Below are positions 16,559 through 27,500 of a DNA stretch of 64,000 nucleotides, piece by piece. Source of the stretch: Euryarchaeota archaeon UBA557 (lineage in GTDB: Archaea; Thermoplasmatota; Poseidoniia; Poseidoniales; Thalassarchaeaceae); contig DARI01000006.1 in NCBI GenBank assembly GCA_002503285.1, positions 4,068 through 68,067 on the forward strand. Direction: 5' to 3'. The position numbers and the translations under genes are program-made. How positions within the stretch are numbered: the stretch's first letter is position 1; every line of letters starts with the position of its first letter. Under the pieces are notes generated by a model that ran no database searches, was not told where the DNA came from, and saw nothing but the letters and a program-made list of their open reading frames with translations.

Positions 16559-17575
16559 ATGCAAAATCCAATTACACGCATAGAGCCACAATTAGCTGCA
16601 CGTTTGGCTAAACAAAGTTATCATCTCGTTGGAGAACATGGAGGAGTAAAAGTATGCCACTGGACTAAACAGAGTTTGATTGCAGATAGGTCATGCTACA
16701 AAGGTACATTCTATGGCATTCAAAGTCATGGTTGCATGCAGATGGCACCAAATGTAGATACTTGCAATCTTGCATGCACGTACTGTTGGAGAGAACCTCA
16801 TTCCGATACTCTAAACAAAATTGATGATGATCCATATGAGTTGTTTTTACAATCTGTAAAGGCTCATAGAAGATTGATTACAGGTTTCGGCGGACACCCG
16901 AATGTCCCAAGAGAAAAATGGCTTGATGCCCAAGATCCTAAGCATGTTGCTATTTCCCTTAATGGTGAGCCGACGCTGTATTCAAGATTGAGCGAGTTTC
17001 TAGAAATTTGTCACCAACATGGGGTTTCTACATTTTTAGTCACGAATGGCAGTTTGCCAAAAGTAATTGAGAATTTAGATACATTGCCTACTCAATTATA
17101 TGTTAGTGTAGATGCACCAAATAAGGAAGTTTTCGATCGGATATGTAAACCGAAATTCGATACAAACGCATTTCATAAATTAGAACAAACTTTGGAAATT
17201 TTACCTTCATTAGATACTAGAACAGTGTGCAGACACACACTAATAAAAGGTGAATCTTTAGGTCATGAGAAAGATTATGCGAGGCTTGATAATATAGCTG
17301 ATCCTATGTTTATTGAGGCAAAAGGGTACGTACATGTTGGTAAAAGCCAGAATAATCACACCATAGAAAACATGCCAAATCATACCGAAGTTATGGATTT
17401 TTCAAATAAATTAGCAAAGCTTGTTGGAAGAGAAGTCCTCTCAGAGAGAAGCGAAAGTAGAGTTGCATTAATAGGAAAGGAAATGATTCCAGTGACATTA
17501 CCAATAAAAATTCGAGATTTGCCGAGTGATTTAGGAATAGCAAAACCTCAAAAATTTTCATTACCCCAGGTTTGA
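16559..17575 (+). CDS. taw1: tRNA 4-demethylwyosine synthase (radical SAM), archaeal Taw1/TYW1
   Basis: It has the 'CNLACTYCWR' radical-SAM cluster motif, 'VKVCHWTKQSL', 'ISLNGEPTLY' and 'FLVTNG'. I chose the ATG at 16559 because GGAGG lies 9 nt upstream; the ORF-track maximum starts at 16493. Confidence 0.85.
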   Translation: MQNPITRIEPQLAARLAKQSYHLVGEHGGVKVCHWTKQSLIADRSCYKGTFYGIQSHGCMQMAPNVDTCNLACTYCWREPHSDTLNKIDDDPYELFLQSVKAHRRLITGFGGHPNVPREKWLDAQDPKHVAISLNGEPTLYSRLSEFLEICHQHGVSTFLVTNGSLPKVIENLDTLPTQLYVSVDAPNKEVFDRICKPKFDTNAFHKLEQTLEILPSLDTRTVCRHTLIKGESLGHEKDYARLDNIADPMFIEAKGYVHVGKSQNNHTIENMPNHTEVMDFSNKLAKLVGREVLSERSESRVALIGKEMIPVTLPIKIRDLPSDLGIAKPQKFSLPQV

Positions 17576-17579
17576 TACT

Positions 17580-19391
17580 ATGAATAAAAATATAATTAGT
17601 ATATTTATTGTTTCTATATTTTTAATTTCACCTTTGTCAGGATGCTTGGCGAATGAAAATAAAACTAATAAAATAAATGATGAACAACATTGGTTACCCG
17701 ATGTCGAAGACAGAGCAGATATGATTTACAAAAACGATGATGTATTCAGCCGTGTTTCTATCAATGGGACTTATGAAATAGATGAAGTTAGATCAAAATA
17801 TATTTCTGTCCCTGAGATAACTCTTACAGATGGAGGAGCAGGATTAACTGGAGATGCGGCAGTCCACATGGGTCTATGGCTACCTAAGATAGAAGGGTGT
17901 GATATGGATGCAGAAAATATTGAAGATAGATGTAAAGTTCCAATTATCGCAGAAATAGGCCCATATTATGATGATGGAGATGTTGACGCTCTAACGCCTG
18001 CAGATCGCCTGGGCCGGTTTTTAATTGAGAATTTAGTTCCTCATGGATATGGAATAGCTCAAGTTTCAGTATTTGGAACTGGGGAATCAAATCATTGTAT
18101 GGATCTTATGGGGCTCGACGAACAAGAAGGAATTCATGCAGCTGTCGAATATCTTGGTACTGCATCTTTTTCCAATGGAGCAGTTGGAATAATTGGTAAA
18201 TCATATGACGGATCTACTCCTTGGGAAGCTGCAGCAATGGGCTCTGAATATCTAAAAACAATCATCCCAATGTCCGGACTTATTGGAGCTCATGATTTGA
18301 TGTGGAGAAATGGAAGTATGGAAGCAAGAGGAGCAATAATGCATAATGGAGTTTATGGTAGCTTTGGATTGGATGGCAATCTTGATGATTCTCAAAATGC
18401 ATGTGAAGGATATTTGGAAGGATATTATGCTGGCCCCGCAGCATATCTATCTGGCGATAATCTAGCATGGACTGGCAGTGACTATTGGGGAGAAAGAACT
18501 TTTTTAGATAGGGCTTTACAAAATTATAATGGCTCAGTATACATAATACATGGAATGCAAGATTGGAACGTTGATCCGCATATGGCATTTCCAACCCATA
18601 ATATCTTGATTGAACACGGATTTGATGTCAAAGGACTTTATGGTCAATGGGGTCATGATTATCCTGATAGAGAAAGTGGCCATTCAGGGCTATCGAGTGG
18701 AAGGGGTGCAGAAGCATTTCCACACACATTAAGATGGGATTGGGCAGATGATTTGCTAGAATGGTTTGATTATTATCTGAAAGATGAGGGGCCAGCACCT
18801 AGACTGATAGCAGAAATTCAAGATAATATGGGTTCATGGAGAGTCGAAAATGAATATCCTCCGAAGGATAAAGATTGGATAAATTATGACATGGATACTT
18901 GTAATGTAATAGAAGGTGGTGAGTTAGTAACGTCCAGTTCATCATTGACAATCGAATGCCCAACATTCGAAGAAGAGATTAGAATTATTGGAACACCAAT
19001 ATTTCATGTTCAAGCAACTACTTCGCTTCTATCGACTAGTGGGCACCTCTTTGTTGAGATGGTGCAGTCCAGTAATGGAATGCACCTGGGTCATGCAGTT
19101 ATGGACTTAAGATTTTTTGACGGAGGAAAAGAAGGTCAAGTTTTGAATCCAGGGCAGACAGTAATAGCTAAGATGGAATTTTTTGGAATGGATGTAATAA
19201 TACCCGAAGGTGATGGTATTCAATTAATAATATCTCAGACTGGAGAAGACTATATTCCTAGCCCAGTATCGACTTTTCCGGTAACATTAGGACTGGATGT
19301 ATCTTCAATTCTTGGCTTGTCAATAGTAAATCGGACATGTTCTGATTTATTCCTACCGCCAATGCATGAACCGTACACTCAATGCTCTTGA
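17580..19391 (+). CDS. Secreted CocE/NonD (S15 X-Pro dipeptidyl-peptidase) family hydrolase, lipobox-like signal
   Basis: 603 aa. The signal peptide ends in 'LSGC'. The nucleophile motif is 'GKSYDGS', followed by 'HGMQDWNV' and a C-terminal beta-sandwich-like region. Confidence 0.75.
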   Translation: MNKNIISIFIVSIFLISPLSGCLANENKTNKINDEQHWLPDVEDRADMIYKNDDVFSRVSINGTYEIDEVRSKYISVPEITLTDGGAGLTGDAAVHMGLWLPKIEGCDMDAENIEDRCKVPIIAEIGPYYDDGDVDALTPADRLGRFLIENLVPHGYGIAQVSVFGTGESNHCMDLMGLDEQEGIHAAVEYLGTASFSNGAVGIIGKSYDGSTPWEAAAMGSEYLKTIIPMSGLIGAHDLMWRNGSMEARGAIMHNGVYGSFGLDGNLDDSQNACEGYLEGYYAGPAAYLSGDNLAWTGSDYWGERTFLDRALQNYNGSVYIIHGMQDWNVDPHMAFPTHNILIEHGFDVKGLYGQWGHDYPDRESGHSGLSSGRGAEAFPHTLRWDWADDLLEWFDYYLKDEGPAPRLIAEIQDNMGSWRVENEYPPKDKDWINYDMDTCNVIEGGELVTSSSSLTIECPTFEEEIRIIGTPIFHVQATTSLLSTSGHLFVEMVQSSNGMHLGHAVMDLRFFDGGKEGQVLNPGQTVIAKMEFFGMDVIIPEGDGIQLIISQTGEDYIPSPVSTFPVTLGLDVSSILGLSIVNRTCSDLFLPPMHEPYTQCS

Positions 19392-19441
19392 TTAGATAAT
19401 TTCATGGGAAAGGTTTGAGTCAAATACTCATATTCATCGAT

Positions 19442-19798
19442 ATGAATTGGTTAAACCTAATTGCTAAAGGAATTTTTAGTGGTGCGATTATAGTATTTGC
19501 AAGTGAGATGGCTAAAAAATCTGCAATGTTTGGAGCATTGATAGTATCAATACCACTAGTCAGTATACTTTCTTTAATTTGGCTTTATGATGATACTAAA
19601 GATGTAATTGAAGTAGCAAATTTTGCGGAGAGTATTTTGTGGTTAGTATTGCCTTCAACCTTATTATTCATTTTACTTCCATATTTACTTAGAAGAGGTT
19701 TGAGTTTTGAAAGTTCTATGGCTATAGGAGTTAGCGTTACAATAATTGCATATTTAATTAGTATTTACGTAGCGGCAACGTATTCCGATATATCCTAA
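19442..19798 (+). CDS. Small multi-pass membrane protein (DUF3147-like)
   Basis: About 118 aa with four hydrophobic helices. The family call is weak. I prefer the ATG at 19442 to the TTG at 19415. Confidence 0.45.
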   Translation: MNWLNLIAKGIFSGAIIVFASEMAKKSAMFGALIVSIPLVSILSLIWLYDDTKDVIEVANFAESILWLVLPSTLLFILLPYLLRRGLSFESSMAIGVSVTIIAYLISIYVAATYSDIS

Positions 19799-19801
19799 AA
19801 A

Positions 19802-21505
19802 TTACTTCTTTGCAGCCAAAGGTTGCCTCCAACCTTGCCCAAACGACCGATTTGAAACACGAGGTGCGGGAGGCATTTGCCACCTTTTGTGTTCATTAGA
19901 TTTCATTTTTTTAAGTATCCAAGAGACTGTTTTTTCATCAAATTCTGTATTTACTATCCCTCTTTCAATCCAATCTTCTAAAATTTTATCAAGTACTTCA
20001 TAAGGAGGCAAGGAATCTTGATCTTCTTGATTGGGTTTCAATTCAGCAGATGGAGGCTTTAGGATAGTAGATTCAGGAATAGGCGGTTCTTTGCCGTTAT
20101 CTCTGGCTTCTTCATTGATTAATCTGGCTATTCTATATACTTCGGATTTGTATAAATCTCCAATGGGCGCGTATCCTCCACACATATCACCATATAGAGT
20201 ACAATAACCAATGGCTAATTCTGATTTATTACCAGTTGCTAATGCCATCCCTCCATATGCATTAGCATAGGCCATAACAGTCAAACCTCTAAGTCTGGCC
20301 TGTATATTTTCAAGATAAATATCATTAACACTAGAGTCGTCAATTGGGATTAATTTATTCAAATATTTTTCAGAAATATTTTGTAAATCAGAGAGTTCCA
20401 ATTGGTGAAAGTGGGCTCCAAGGGATTTTATTAAAATCATAGCATCATCTTTGGAATGGCCACTAGAGTAACGCATTGGCATAGAAATTCCATGAACGGC
20501 ATCGGGACCTAATGCTCTACATGCAATTGCGGCGGTGACAGCTGAATCTATTCCTCCACTTACTCCTAAGACTACTGATTTGATATCAGATTTATTGCAA
20601 TAATCCCTTAATCCAATAGTAATTGCTTCTAAAATATCTAAATCGCCACCTATATTTTTAGATTTATCATTAATAGAAAAAATCTTAGCATCTTTAAAAA
20701 TACACTCATCGCCGTTAATTTCAATAATTTTAGAATTTTTTGGCATGTCTAAATTTACTAAAATTATTGCTTCTTTCCAAGCGGGACCTTGTATAACATC
20801 TCCATTAGGCCATGAGATAATGGATCTCCCATCAAATATTAAATCATCATTTCCTCCTACTTGGTTACACATCAGATATGGATGATTCAAAGATACTGCT
20901 GCGGACCTAACTACATCTAACCTCATATCTTCCTTATCTGCATGATATGGTGAAGCTGAAAGGTTTATTGAATATGATAACGAATCATGTGCGTTGGATA
21001 GTTGTGCTATCGGATCGTCATCATAATCACTAGGAACATGTCCAGAGTGTTGCCATGCATCTTCACAAATTGTAATACCTAATTTCATAAGGTTGGGATC
21101 TTCAATTATTGATATACCATTACCTTTTTCAAAATATCTTGCCTCATCAAATACATCATAAGTAGGCAAGAGTTGTTTTCTGTATAAATTTTTTATTTTT
21201 CCATTTCCGCTACAATAAATTACACCATTTGAGGGCAGATTATTTGATTCCATTGGACCCATTGGACTCCCAATAAGGATTGGAATTGGCGATACTATTC
21301 TTGCTATAGCTTGCTCACAGCGTTTAACAAAATCTTTTTCCAAAAGTAAATCTCGCGGTGGATATCCGCAAATTGCTAACTCGCTAGTCATAGCCATAGT
21401 TGCACCATTTTCAACTGCAATAGCAGCTAAACGAGATATTTCGGACGAGTTATGTGTTATATCTCCAACAATAGAGTTGAGTTGTAGCAGCGCGACGACA
21501 CTCAT
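19802..21505 (-). CDS. nadE: Glutamine-dependent NAD+ synthetase (nitrilase/CN-hydrolase domain + NAD synthetase domain)
   Basis: The N-terminus 'MSVVALLQLNSIVGDI' with 'ELAICGYPPRDL' and 'ICEDAW' marks the CN-hydrolase domain. 'VLGVSGGIDSAV' is the PP-loop, followed by 'GNKSELAIGYCTLYGDM'. The start is trimmed to M37 of the track ORF to avoid overlapping lemA. Confidence 0.9.
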   Translation of the reverse strand: MSVVALLQLNSIVGDITHNSSEISRLAAIAVENGATMAMTSELAICGYPPRDLLLEKDFVKRCEQAIARIVSPIPILIGSPMGPMESNNLPSNGVIYCSGNGKIKNLYRKQLLPTYDVFDEARYFEKGNGISIIEDPNLMKLGITICEDAWQHSGHVPSDYDDDPIAQLSNAHDSLSYSINLSASPYHADKEDMRLDVVRSAAVSLNHPYLMCNQVGGNDDLIFDGRSIISWPNGDVIQGPAWKEAIILVNLDMPKNSKIIEINGDECIFKDAKIFSINDKSKNIGGDLDILEAITIGLRDYCNKSDIKSVVLGVSGGIDSAVTAAIACRALGPDAVHGISMPMRYSSGHSKDDAMILIKSLGAHFHQLELSDLQNISEKYLNKLIPIDDSSVNDIYLENIQARLRGLTVMAYANAYGGMALATGNKSELAIGYCTLYGDMCGGYAPIGDLYKSEVYRIARLINEEARDNGKEPPIPESTILKPPSAELKPNQEDQDSLPPYEVLDKILEDWIERGIVNTEFDEKTVSWILKKMKSNEHKRWQMPPAPRVSNRSFGQGWRQPLAAKK

Positions 21506-21551
21506 CAATTGGTCAACATAAGTTATGACATTCAAGTCTACCGATATAAAT

Positions 21552-22178
21552 CTATAATCTGATCTCTGGTCCGGCCCTGACTTGTTTATCCACAACACTA
21601 AAACCTTCTGCACGACTGAAGGATGCTAATTTTGCAATAAATAATGCTGGAAAAGACATGATACTAACATTATATGTGAAAACGTATTCGTTATGTATTT
21701 GCCTTACATCCGCAAGTTCCTGTTCAATTCTCTCTAGTTTTCTCAATATGTCTTTTATTGCAACAATTGCATCTAAATCGGGATATTGCTCAATAACTCC
21801 CCTTATTGACATTGTTGCACCAGCAAGAATGCCATTAGCTTCTGATAACTTAGGCATATCATAATTTCTTCCTGGCATATCCTTTGATTGTTCACGATCC
21901 CCTCTTGCTCTTGCAAAGGATTTCCATATTTCTTTTTCGTGATCAAGTTGTCCTTTTGCCATATCGACAGCGTCTTCAATCAGATCAAATCTTTCTTGTA
22001 ATATAGTATCTATATTGTCTTCGCCTTTTTCCACTTGTAAATTTAAACCGGTTAGCCTATTGTAAGTGCTGTATGCCCATAAAAATATGAGACCTAAAAT
22101 AGTCCCTATAAAGCATGCTGAAGTGAGTAATAGTATACTAAGCGAATCTTCCATCACTATCTCATAGAGGGCCATCAT
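21552..22178 (-). CDS. lemA: LemA family membrane protein
   Basis: 208 aa. An N-terminal TM segment is followed by 'YNRLTGLNLQVEKGEDNIDTILQERFDLI' and 'YPDLDAIVAIKDILRKLERIEQELADVRQIHNEYV..YN', the LemA pattern. Confidence 0.85.
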   Translation of the reverse strand: MMALYEIVMEDSLSILLLTSACFIGTILGLIFLWAYSTYNRLTGLNLQVEKGEDNIDTILQERFDLIEDAVDMAKGQLDHEKEIWKSFARARGDREQSKDMPGRNYDMPKLSEANGILAGATMSIRGVIEQYPDLDAIVAIKDILRKLERIEQELADVRQIHNEYVFTYNVSIMSFPALFIAKLASFSRAEGFSVVDKQVRAGPEIRL

Positions 22179-22196
22179 TATTGAATATTTACTAAT

Positions 22197-23693
22197 TTAA
22201 AAACTACTTAATAAGAATGAATAAAATGTAATTGATATAATTAAAGTCAAATTTAAGCCTGGAATTAACAGATATTCGATATTGCTACGAGAATTTGCCA
22301 ATACTGCTAATTCACTGCCTCTTTCAAGCCTAGCTTCATTGGTCGCCCCATCTACTCCAATTACTTCTAAAAGACGATTTTGAACATGTTCGTTGTTGAG
22401 GATTTCTGATTCACCTATCTCTATTTGTTCCTTGTCGTCTCTATTTTTAGGATCTCTTGGTTTCGCGTAACCAATTAGGTAACATGGATCTCCGATTGCC
22501 AAACCAAATAAAGTCCATTTATGTTTCAAAATTCTACCACCATTCCAAGTTCTATGAAACGTACCTTGATATAAATCATAATCAAAAAAATTGTGAGGGC
22601 ATTCCCATCTCGCGATATATTGTCCTAAATTATGTGATTTAAAGGTACCAGGATGGACCAATACGCCACCTGTTCCGTCGTGTAAAACATAAGAGTAGTT
22701 TCCAGAATCAGATTCCACTGTGTGCCAAGTTTGTCTTTTTTCTGTCTTAGTATTGCCATTTTTATCTGTTACGACATGAGTAGTTTCCACCAGTATTTCA
22801 TAATTCCAATTCCATAATGTTAGATTGTCTACTGCCCGGGAATAATCTCTGCCGACGTATACAGTGGGAGGTTTTGATTGCCAGTATCTTACTTGGCCGA
22901 CCAATTCGATGTTTCCCGCCGTCATGGATCGTATGTATGAAGTCGGAGTTTCAATAGTATCTGAAATTCTCCTACTTAGAACTATAGAATAAAAAAACCA
23001 AATTAAAGATAAAATTAAAGGAGCGAATATTGAAAAATATTTTATTAAATAAAATTTATATATATTATCATCGGAATCTTCTGTTAATTTCCATTCAATA
23101 TATTCCAATGATAATCCTTCACTTATTATTAAGTAAATAATTGGAAATAAATTTACTAATATCATTATAGAAATTATCCCATAGGTGGAAATTTCAGCTG
23201 GTTTTGGAGTTCCTATCAAATTGGGATGTTCTAGTATGGGGCCTGTGTCATCCGGGCCATATTTTCTTTTTTTATCCCAATATTTTTCTCCTGGAGATTT
23301 GAATACCCAACCTCTATCATCTGAAGTTGGTTTGTGAATCCATTCTCGCTTCCAAAAGTCAGTTAATTCGGAGCCTGCTTCTGATCTAATTAAATAATCT
23401 CTTGGCTTTGTATTCTGACGAATCTCTTGTAATTTTCTTTTTAATTGTGTTGGGGCTACACACAATATCAAAGTACTACCTAAAATTAATATTAATATTG
23501 GCATTATTAGTGAATCTATAGTAAATGAGGCCTGTTCTATATGGATTAGATAATATATGCTAGCATGTAGTATTAATCCAATCATGACTAGTATGATTCC
23601 TAAAATCCAAATTAATATATGCCAATTTTTTAATGGAATTGTCACATCTAAAAATCCAGCATCCAAAAATATTTCATTTGAATCATTCACCAT
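22197..23693 (-). CDS. Multi-pass membrane protein with C-terminal GIDE-like (MUL1-type, PF12483-like) extramembrane domain
   Basis: About 498 aa counted from M28 of the track ORF. After several TM helices come 'MTAGNIELVGQV', 'YVLHDGTGGVLVHPGTF', 'GDPCYLIGYA' and a terminal TM segment. This resembles prokaryotic GIDE-domain proteins that typically neighbour LemA. The family call is from memory only. Confidence 0.45.
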   Translation of the reverse strand: MVNDSNEIFLDAGFLDVTIPLKNWHILIWILGIILVMIGLILHASIYYLIHIEQASFTIDSLIMPILILILGSTLILCVAPTQLKRKLQEIRQNTKPRDYLIRSEAGSELTDFWKREWIHKPTSDDRGWVFKSPGEKYWDKKRKYGPDDTGPILEHPNLIGTPKPAEISTYGIISIMILVNLFPIIYLIISEGLSLEYIEWKLTEDSDDNIYKFYLIKYFSIFAPLILSLIWFFYSIVLSRRISDTIETPTSYIRSMTAGNIELVGQVRYWQSKPPTVYVGRDYSRAVDNLTLWNWNYEILVETTHVVTDKNGNTKTEKRQTWHTVESDSGNYSYVLHDGTGGVLVHPGTFKSHNLGQYIARWECPHNFFDYDLYQGTFHRTWNGGRILKHKWTLFGLAIGDPCYLIGYAKPRDPKNRDDKEQIEIGESEILNNEHVQNRLLEVIGVDGATNEARLERGSELAVLANSRSNIEYLLIPGLNLTLIISITFYSFLLSSF

Positions 23694-23737
23694 ATCTGCC
23701 TCATAGTATGTGGCATAATTAAGTTTAGTGGACAATA

Positions 23738-24406
23738 TTAGTGACAAGATACGCCATATTTTTCTAATCTCCAATAATTATATGGCCAAGGAGTAAGAAA
23801 TCCAACTATTAGCATCAATGGAATTGCAAAATAATTTAATCCTAATTCGCCCTTAGTGAATAATAAATCCGTTATTTCCATAGATATTTCCATGAATAAC
23901 ATGGAAATAAATGACATCCCAAATGCTGTTGAAAGAGCATTTCTAAAATCCATTTGGCCCTTCATTAGTAGAAGAGTTTCCAATATTACACTGGTAGAAA
24001 GACCGTTTATTAATGGAAGTATAGCAAACATAATCCAAATCTTACTTCCAATAGTTAGTCCCTCCGTAATTCCAGAATAGGAATAATATGCCAATGTTCC
24101 AAATTCTCCTATGGAACAACCAATTAAACACCATTTGGTATTGTTTGCAGATTGTTTCCAAGTTGCCATATTTGACCAATCAAAATTGCTATTTGAGATT
24201 TTTCCGTCTACAGAATACCCAATTTTTAATATCTCATTAATCATTACTTCTTTTTCTACTCCTGAATGTGTAATTATTGCAATGCCGCTTTCATGAGAAA
24301 CATTCGCATCAGAAACTCCATCTAAAAATTCCAAAGATTCTTTAATTCTGCTTGAACATCCGTCGCAAGTCATTCCTTGAATCGATATGGTAATCGATTC
24401 GGTCAT
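23738..24406 (-). CDS. Heavy-metal-associated (HMA, CopZ-like) domain fused to a DUF4396 membrane domain
   Basis: 222 aa. 'ISIQGMTCDGCSSRIKESL' is the MxCxxC HMA motif. 'WCLIGCSIGEFG' and the following TM helices match DUF4396. Confidence 0.75.
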   Translation of the reverse strand: MTESITISIQGMTCDGCSSRIKESLEFLDGVSDANVSHESGIAIITHSGVEKEVMINEILKIGYSVDGKISNSNFDWSNMATWKQSANNTKWCLIGCSIGEFGTLAYYSYSGITEGLTIGSKIWIMFAILPLINGLSTSVILETLLLMKGQMDFRNALSTAFGMSFISMLFMEISMEITDLLFTKGELGLNYFAIPLMLIVGFLTPWPYNYWRLEKYGVSCH

Positions 24407-24502
24407 AATTACCCGTACATATGATGGTTATTCAATGCTACTAAAAACATATATCCAATTAAAAGAGTATGTTCAATACAATGAATTGTTCCGCACCGTT
24501 TG

Positions 24503-27500
24503 ATGGTAGTACCTAACTCACCTGGAGAGCTCAATCCAGTTGCACTGGAGAATTCCCTGATGCAGACATGGAATGAAGAGAAAACTTTTGAGAAATCAAT
24601 TGATAATAGAAAGGTGAATACTTCTCCTTTTACCTTCCTAGAGGGCCCTCCCACTGCAAACGGTAAGCCAGGAATACACCATGTTTTATCCCGCCTTTAC
24701 AAAGATATGGTGTGCCGCTGGAAAACGATGGAGGGCCACATTGTTGAGCGAAAAGGTGGATGGGATACGCATGGCCTACCAGTAGAAATTGAAGTCCAGA
24801 AAAAACTTGATTTGATGTCAAACGAGGCAATAGAAGAGTATGGAATGGAAAAGTTCAATCAAAAATGCAAAGAAAGTGTTTGGGAATATGAAGAAAGCTG
24901 GAGAGAGATGACCGAAAGAATGGCTTTTTGGGTTGATATGGATAATCCATACATTACTCTTCATGATGAATATATAGAATCTGCATGGTGGTCCCTAAAA
25001 CAAATGCATGACAAAGGATTACTTTTTAGAGGACATAAAGTTCTCCCATATTGCCCACAAACTGGGACTAGTTATTCAACCCATGAAGTATCTCAGGGAT
25101 ACAAAGAAGTATCAGAACCTGCAGTTTTCATAAAATTCAAACTTGTAGGTGAAGATGCATCTATACTTGCTTGGACTACTACGCCATGGACACTTCCTGG
25201 AAATGTTGGTTTGGCAGTGGGGCCAGACGTAACTTACTGTAGAATTAGAGTTAATGCCAATCCTTCTGACTCGTGGAAAGGTCGAGGCGGCGCTAAGATT
25301 GGTGAAGAATTGATATTAGCTAAAGATTTACTTGGTGATGTTTTAAGGCACCATATGGAAATTATAGAAGAATTTCCAGGATCGGTTTTGGTTGGTAAAT
25401 CATATTCTCCGATATTTCCAGATGCAATAGAAAGAGGAGATTCAGATACTGCTTGGACTGTAGTAGGTGCTGATTTCGTGACTACTACGGATGGTACTGG
25501 AGTAGTTCATACTGCAGTAATGTATGGTGAGGATGATTATAATTTAGGGATGAAAATGGGATTTCCGGCGCAACACACAGTTGGCATGGATGGTAAATTT
25601 ATATCTGGGACTCATGATATTTTGGATGGACGATATGTTAAAGAATGTGATTCAGATATAATTGATTTACTTGAAAAAGAGGATAAATTATATCGTGAAC
25701 ACATATATACACACGATTATCCTCATTGTTGGCGCACAGATCATCCACTTCTTTACTATGCAATGGATAGTTGGTTTGTTCGTATGACAGCCGTTAAGGG
25801 CAAAATAATTCAATATAATTCAGAAGTAGAATGGGCTCCTGATTGGACTGGTTCAGGGAGAGTTGGAGAATGGTTACGAAATCTCAAAGATTGGGCAATA
25901 AGTAGAGAAAGATACTGGGGCACACCCATACCAGTTTGGATATGTCAAGACTGTGGTCACGAACATTGTATTGGAAGTATAGAAGAAATGAATGATTTGA
26001 AGACATCAGAATCTCCTACACCTAAAGAATTACATCGCCCTTTTGTAGACCAAGTCAAATTACATTGCACTGGTCCGAATTGTAATGGTGAGATGATTCG
26101 TGAACCCTATGTTATGGATTGCTGGTTTGATTCGGGATGTGCTTTCTTTGCACAATGGCATTATCCATTTGAAAATGAAGATAAATTTGCAGGTAGTTTT
26201 CCAGTGGATTATATTTGTGAAGCTGTTGACCAAACTAGAGGTTGGTTTTATTCTTTATTAGCAGTATCTACTGCAGTTTTTGATAGTATTTCATACAAAA
26301 GATGTTTATCTCTTGGTCATATTTTAGATAATGAAGGAAAGAAGATGAGTAAATCAAAAGGCAATGTCGTTAATCCTTGGGATCATTTCAACAAAGAAGG
26401 TGCAGATGCAATTAGATGGTATATGGTAACTCAAAGTGCACCTTGGAATCCTATGAATTTTGACCCAAATGGAGTAAGAGAGACTTATGGTAAAATGTTT
26501 TTAACTTTATGGAATGTTCATAGATTTCATTCAGACTATGCGGCATTAGATGGTTTTGACCCTGAAAATAAAGATGGTTGGATCGAAGTTGATTCAAGAA
26601 GCCAATTGGACAGATGGATATTGTCCAAAATTAGTAGAGTTGCCGAGACTTTTGATGATAATTTTACTACCTGGGAATTTCACAAAGCAGGAAGAGAATT
26701 AGAAAGCTTTGTTGTAAATGATTTATCTAACTGGTATGTAAGAAGATCTAGAAGGCGATTATGGGACGAAGTTGATAGTAATGACAAACGTGCATGTCAA
26801 CATACTTTGCATGAGGTTTTAACAGTAGTTTCAAGATTAATGGCTCCAATTTCTCCATTTATGGCAGATAGAATTCATCGTGACTTAAATGGATTTTCTG
26901 TTCATTTAGCAGATTGGCCCCTTGGCTCCGAATTAGTTGAGCGAAATTTACCTCCGCAAGATTATGCACTTGAGCAGCAGATGAAATTAGTCAGAGATAT
27001 GGCTGAAGCAGGTCGGCGCATAAGAGTCGATTCTGAGCGAAGACAGAGACTACCTTGCCGTAATGGATGGATAATTGGAGGTCCAGACATATCTGAATTT
27101 CATGATATCCTATCTGAAGAATTGAATGTTCAGAATTTAACTACTGAGAGTGATTTAGATAAGTTTCAAAAAGTGGTTTTACTACCAAATAGAAAAGTCT
27201 TAGGATCAAAATGTAGATCGGATTTACCTGCAGTTTTGAGAGAGTTAGAATTAGTCGAACCGGATTCATTTTTATTAGAAATTCAAGCCGGTATCGCTGC
27301 ATTAGCCGGATACGACATATCTATGGAAGATATTACAATAAAACGGGTAGAAAGAGATGATTATTCTGCTTCTACACTTTCAAATACGGATATAGGAGAT
27401 GTTACGTTAATTCTAGATATGCATACTGATTCAAACTTACTTTCTAAAGGATTGGCAAGAGATATTATTAGAAGGATTCAATCAAAGAGAAAGGATATGA

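Noticed and set aside
19802-21613. Maximal ORFs with long N-terminal extensions: nadE to 21613, arcC from 60752, thermosome from 55232, ALDH from 36857, nadA from 41465 and taw1 from 16493.
   Set aside because: The extensions overlap neighbouring genes or divergent promoters and add non-homologous sequence ahead of the canonical N-terminal motifs. Internal ATG starts were chosen by eye, so the exact starts remain uncertain.
24409-24830. Minus-strand ORFs of 81 aa and 66 aa overlapping the ileS start region.
   Set aside because: They overlap the strongly supported ileS frame and its promoter region, and they carry no motifs.
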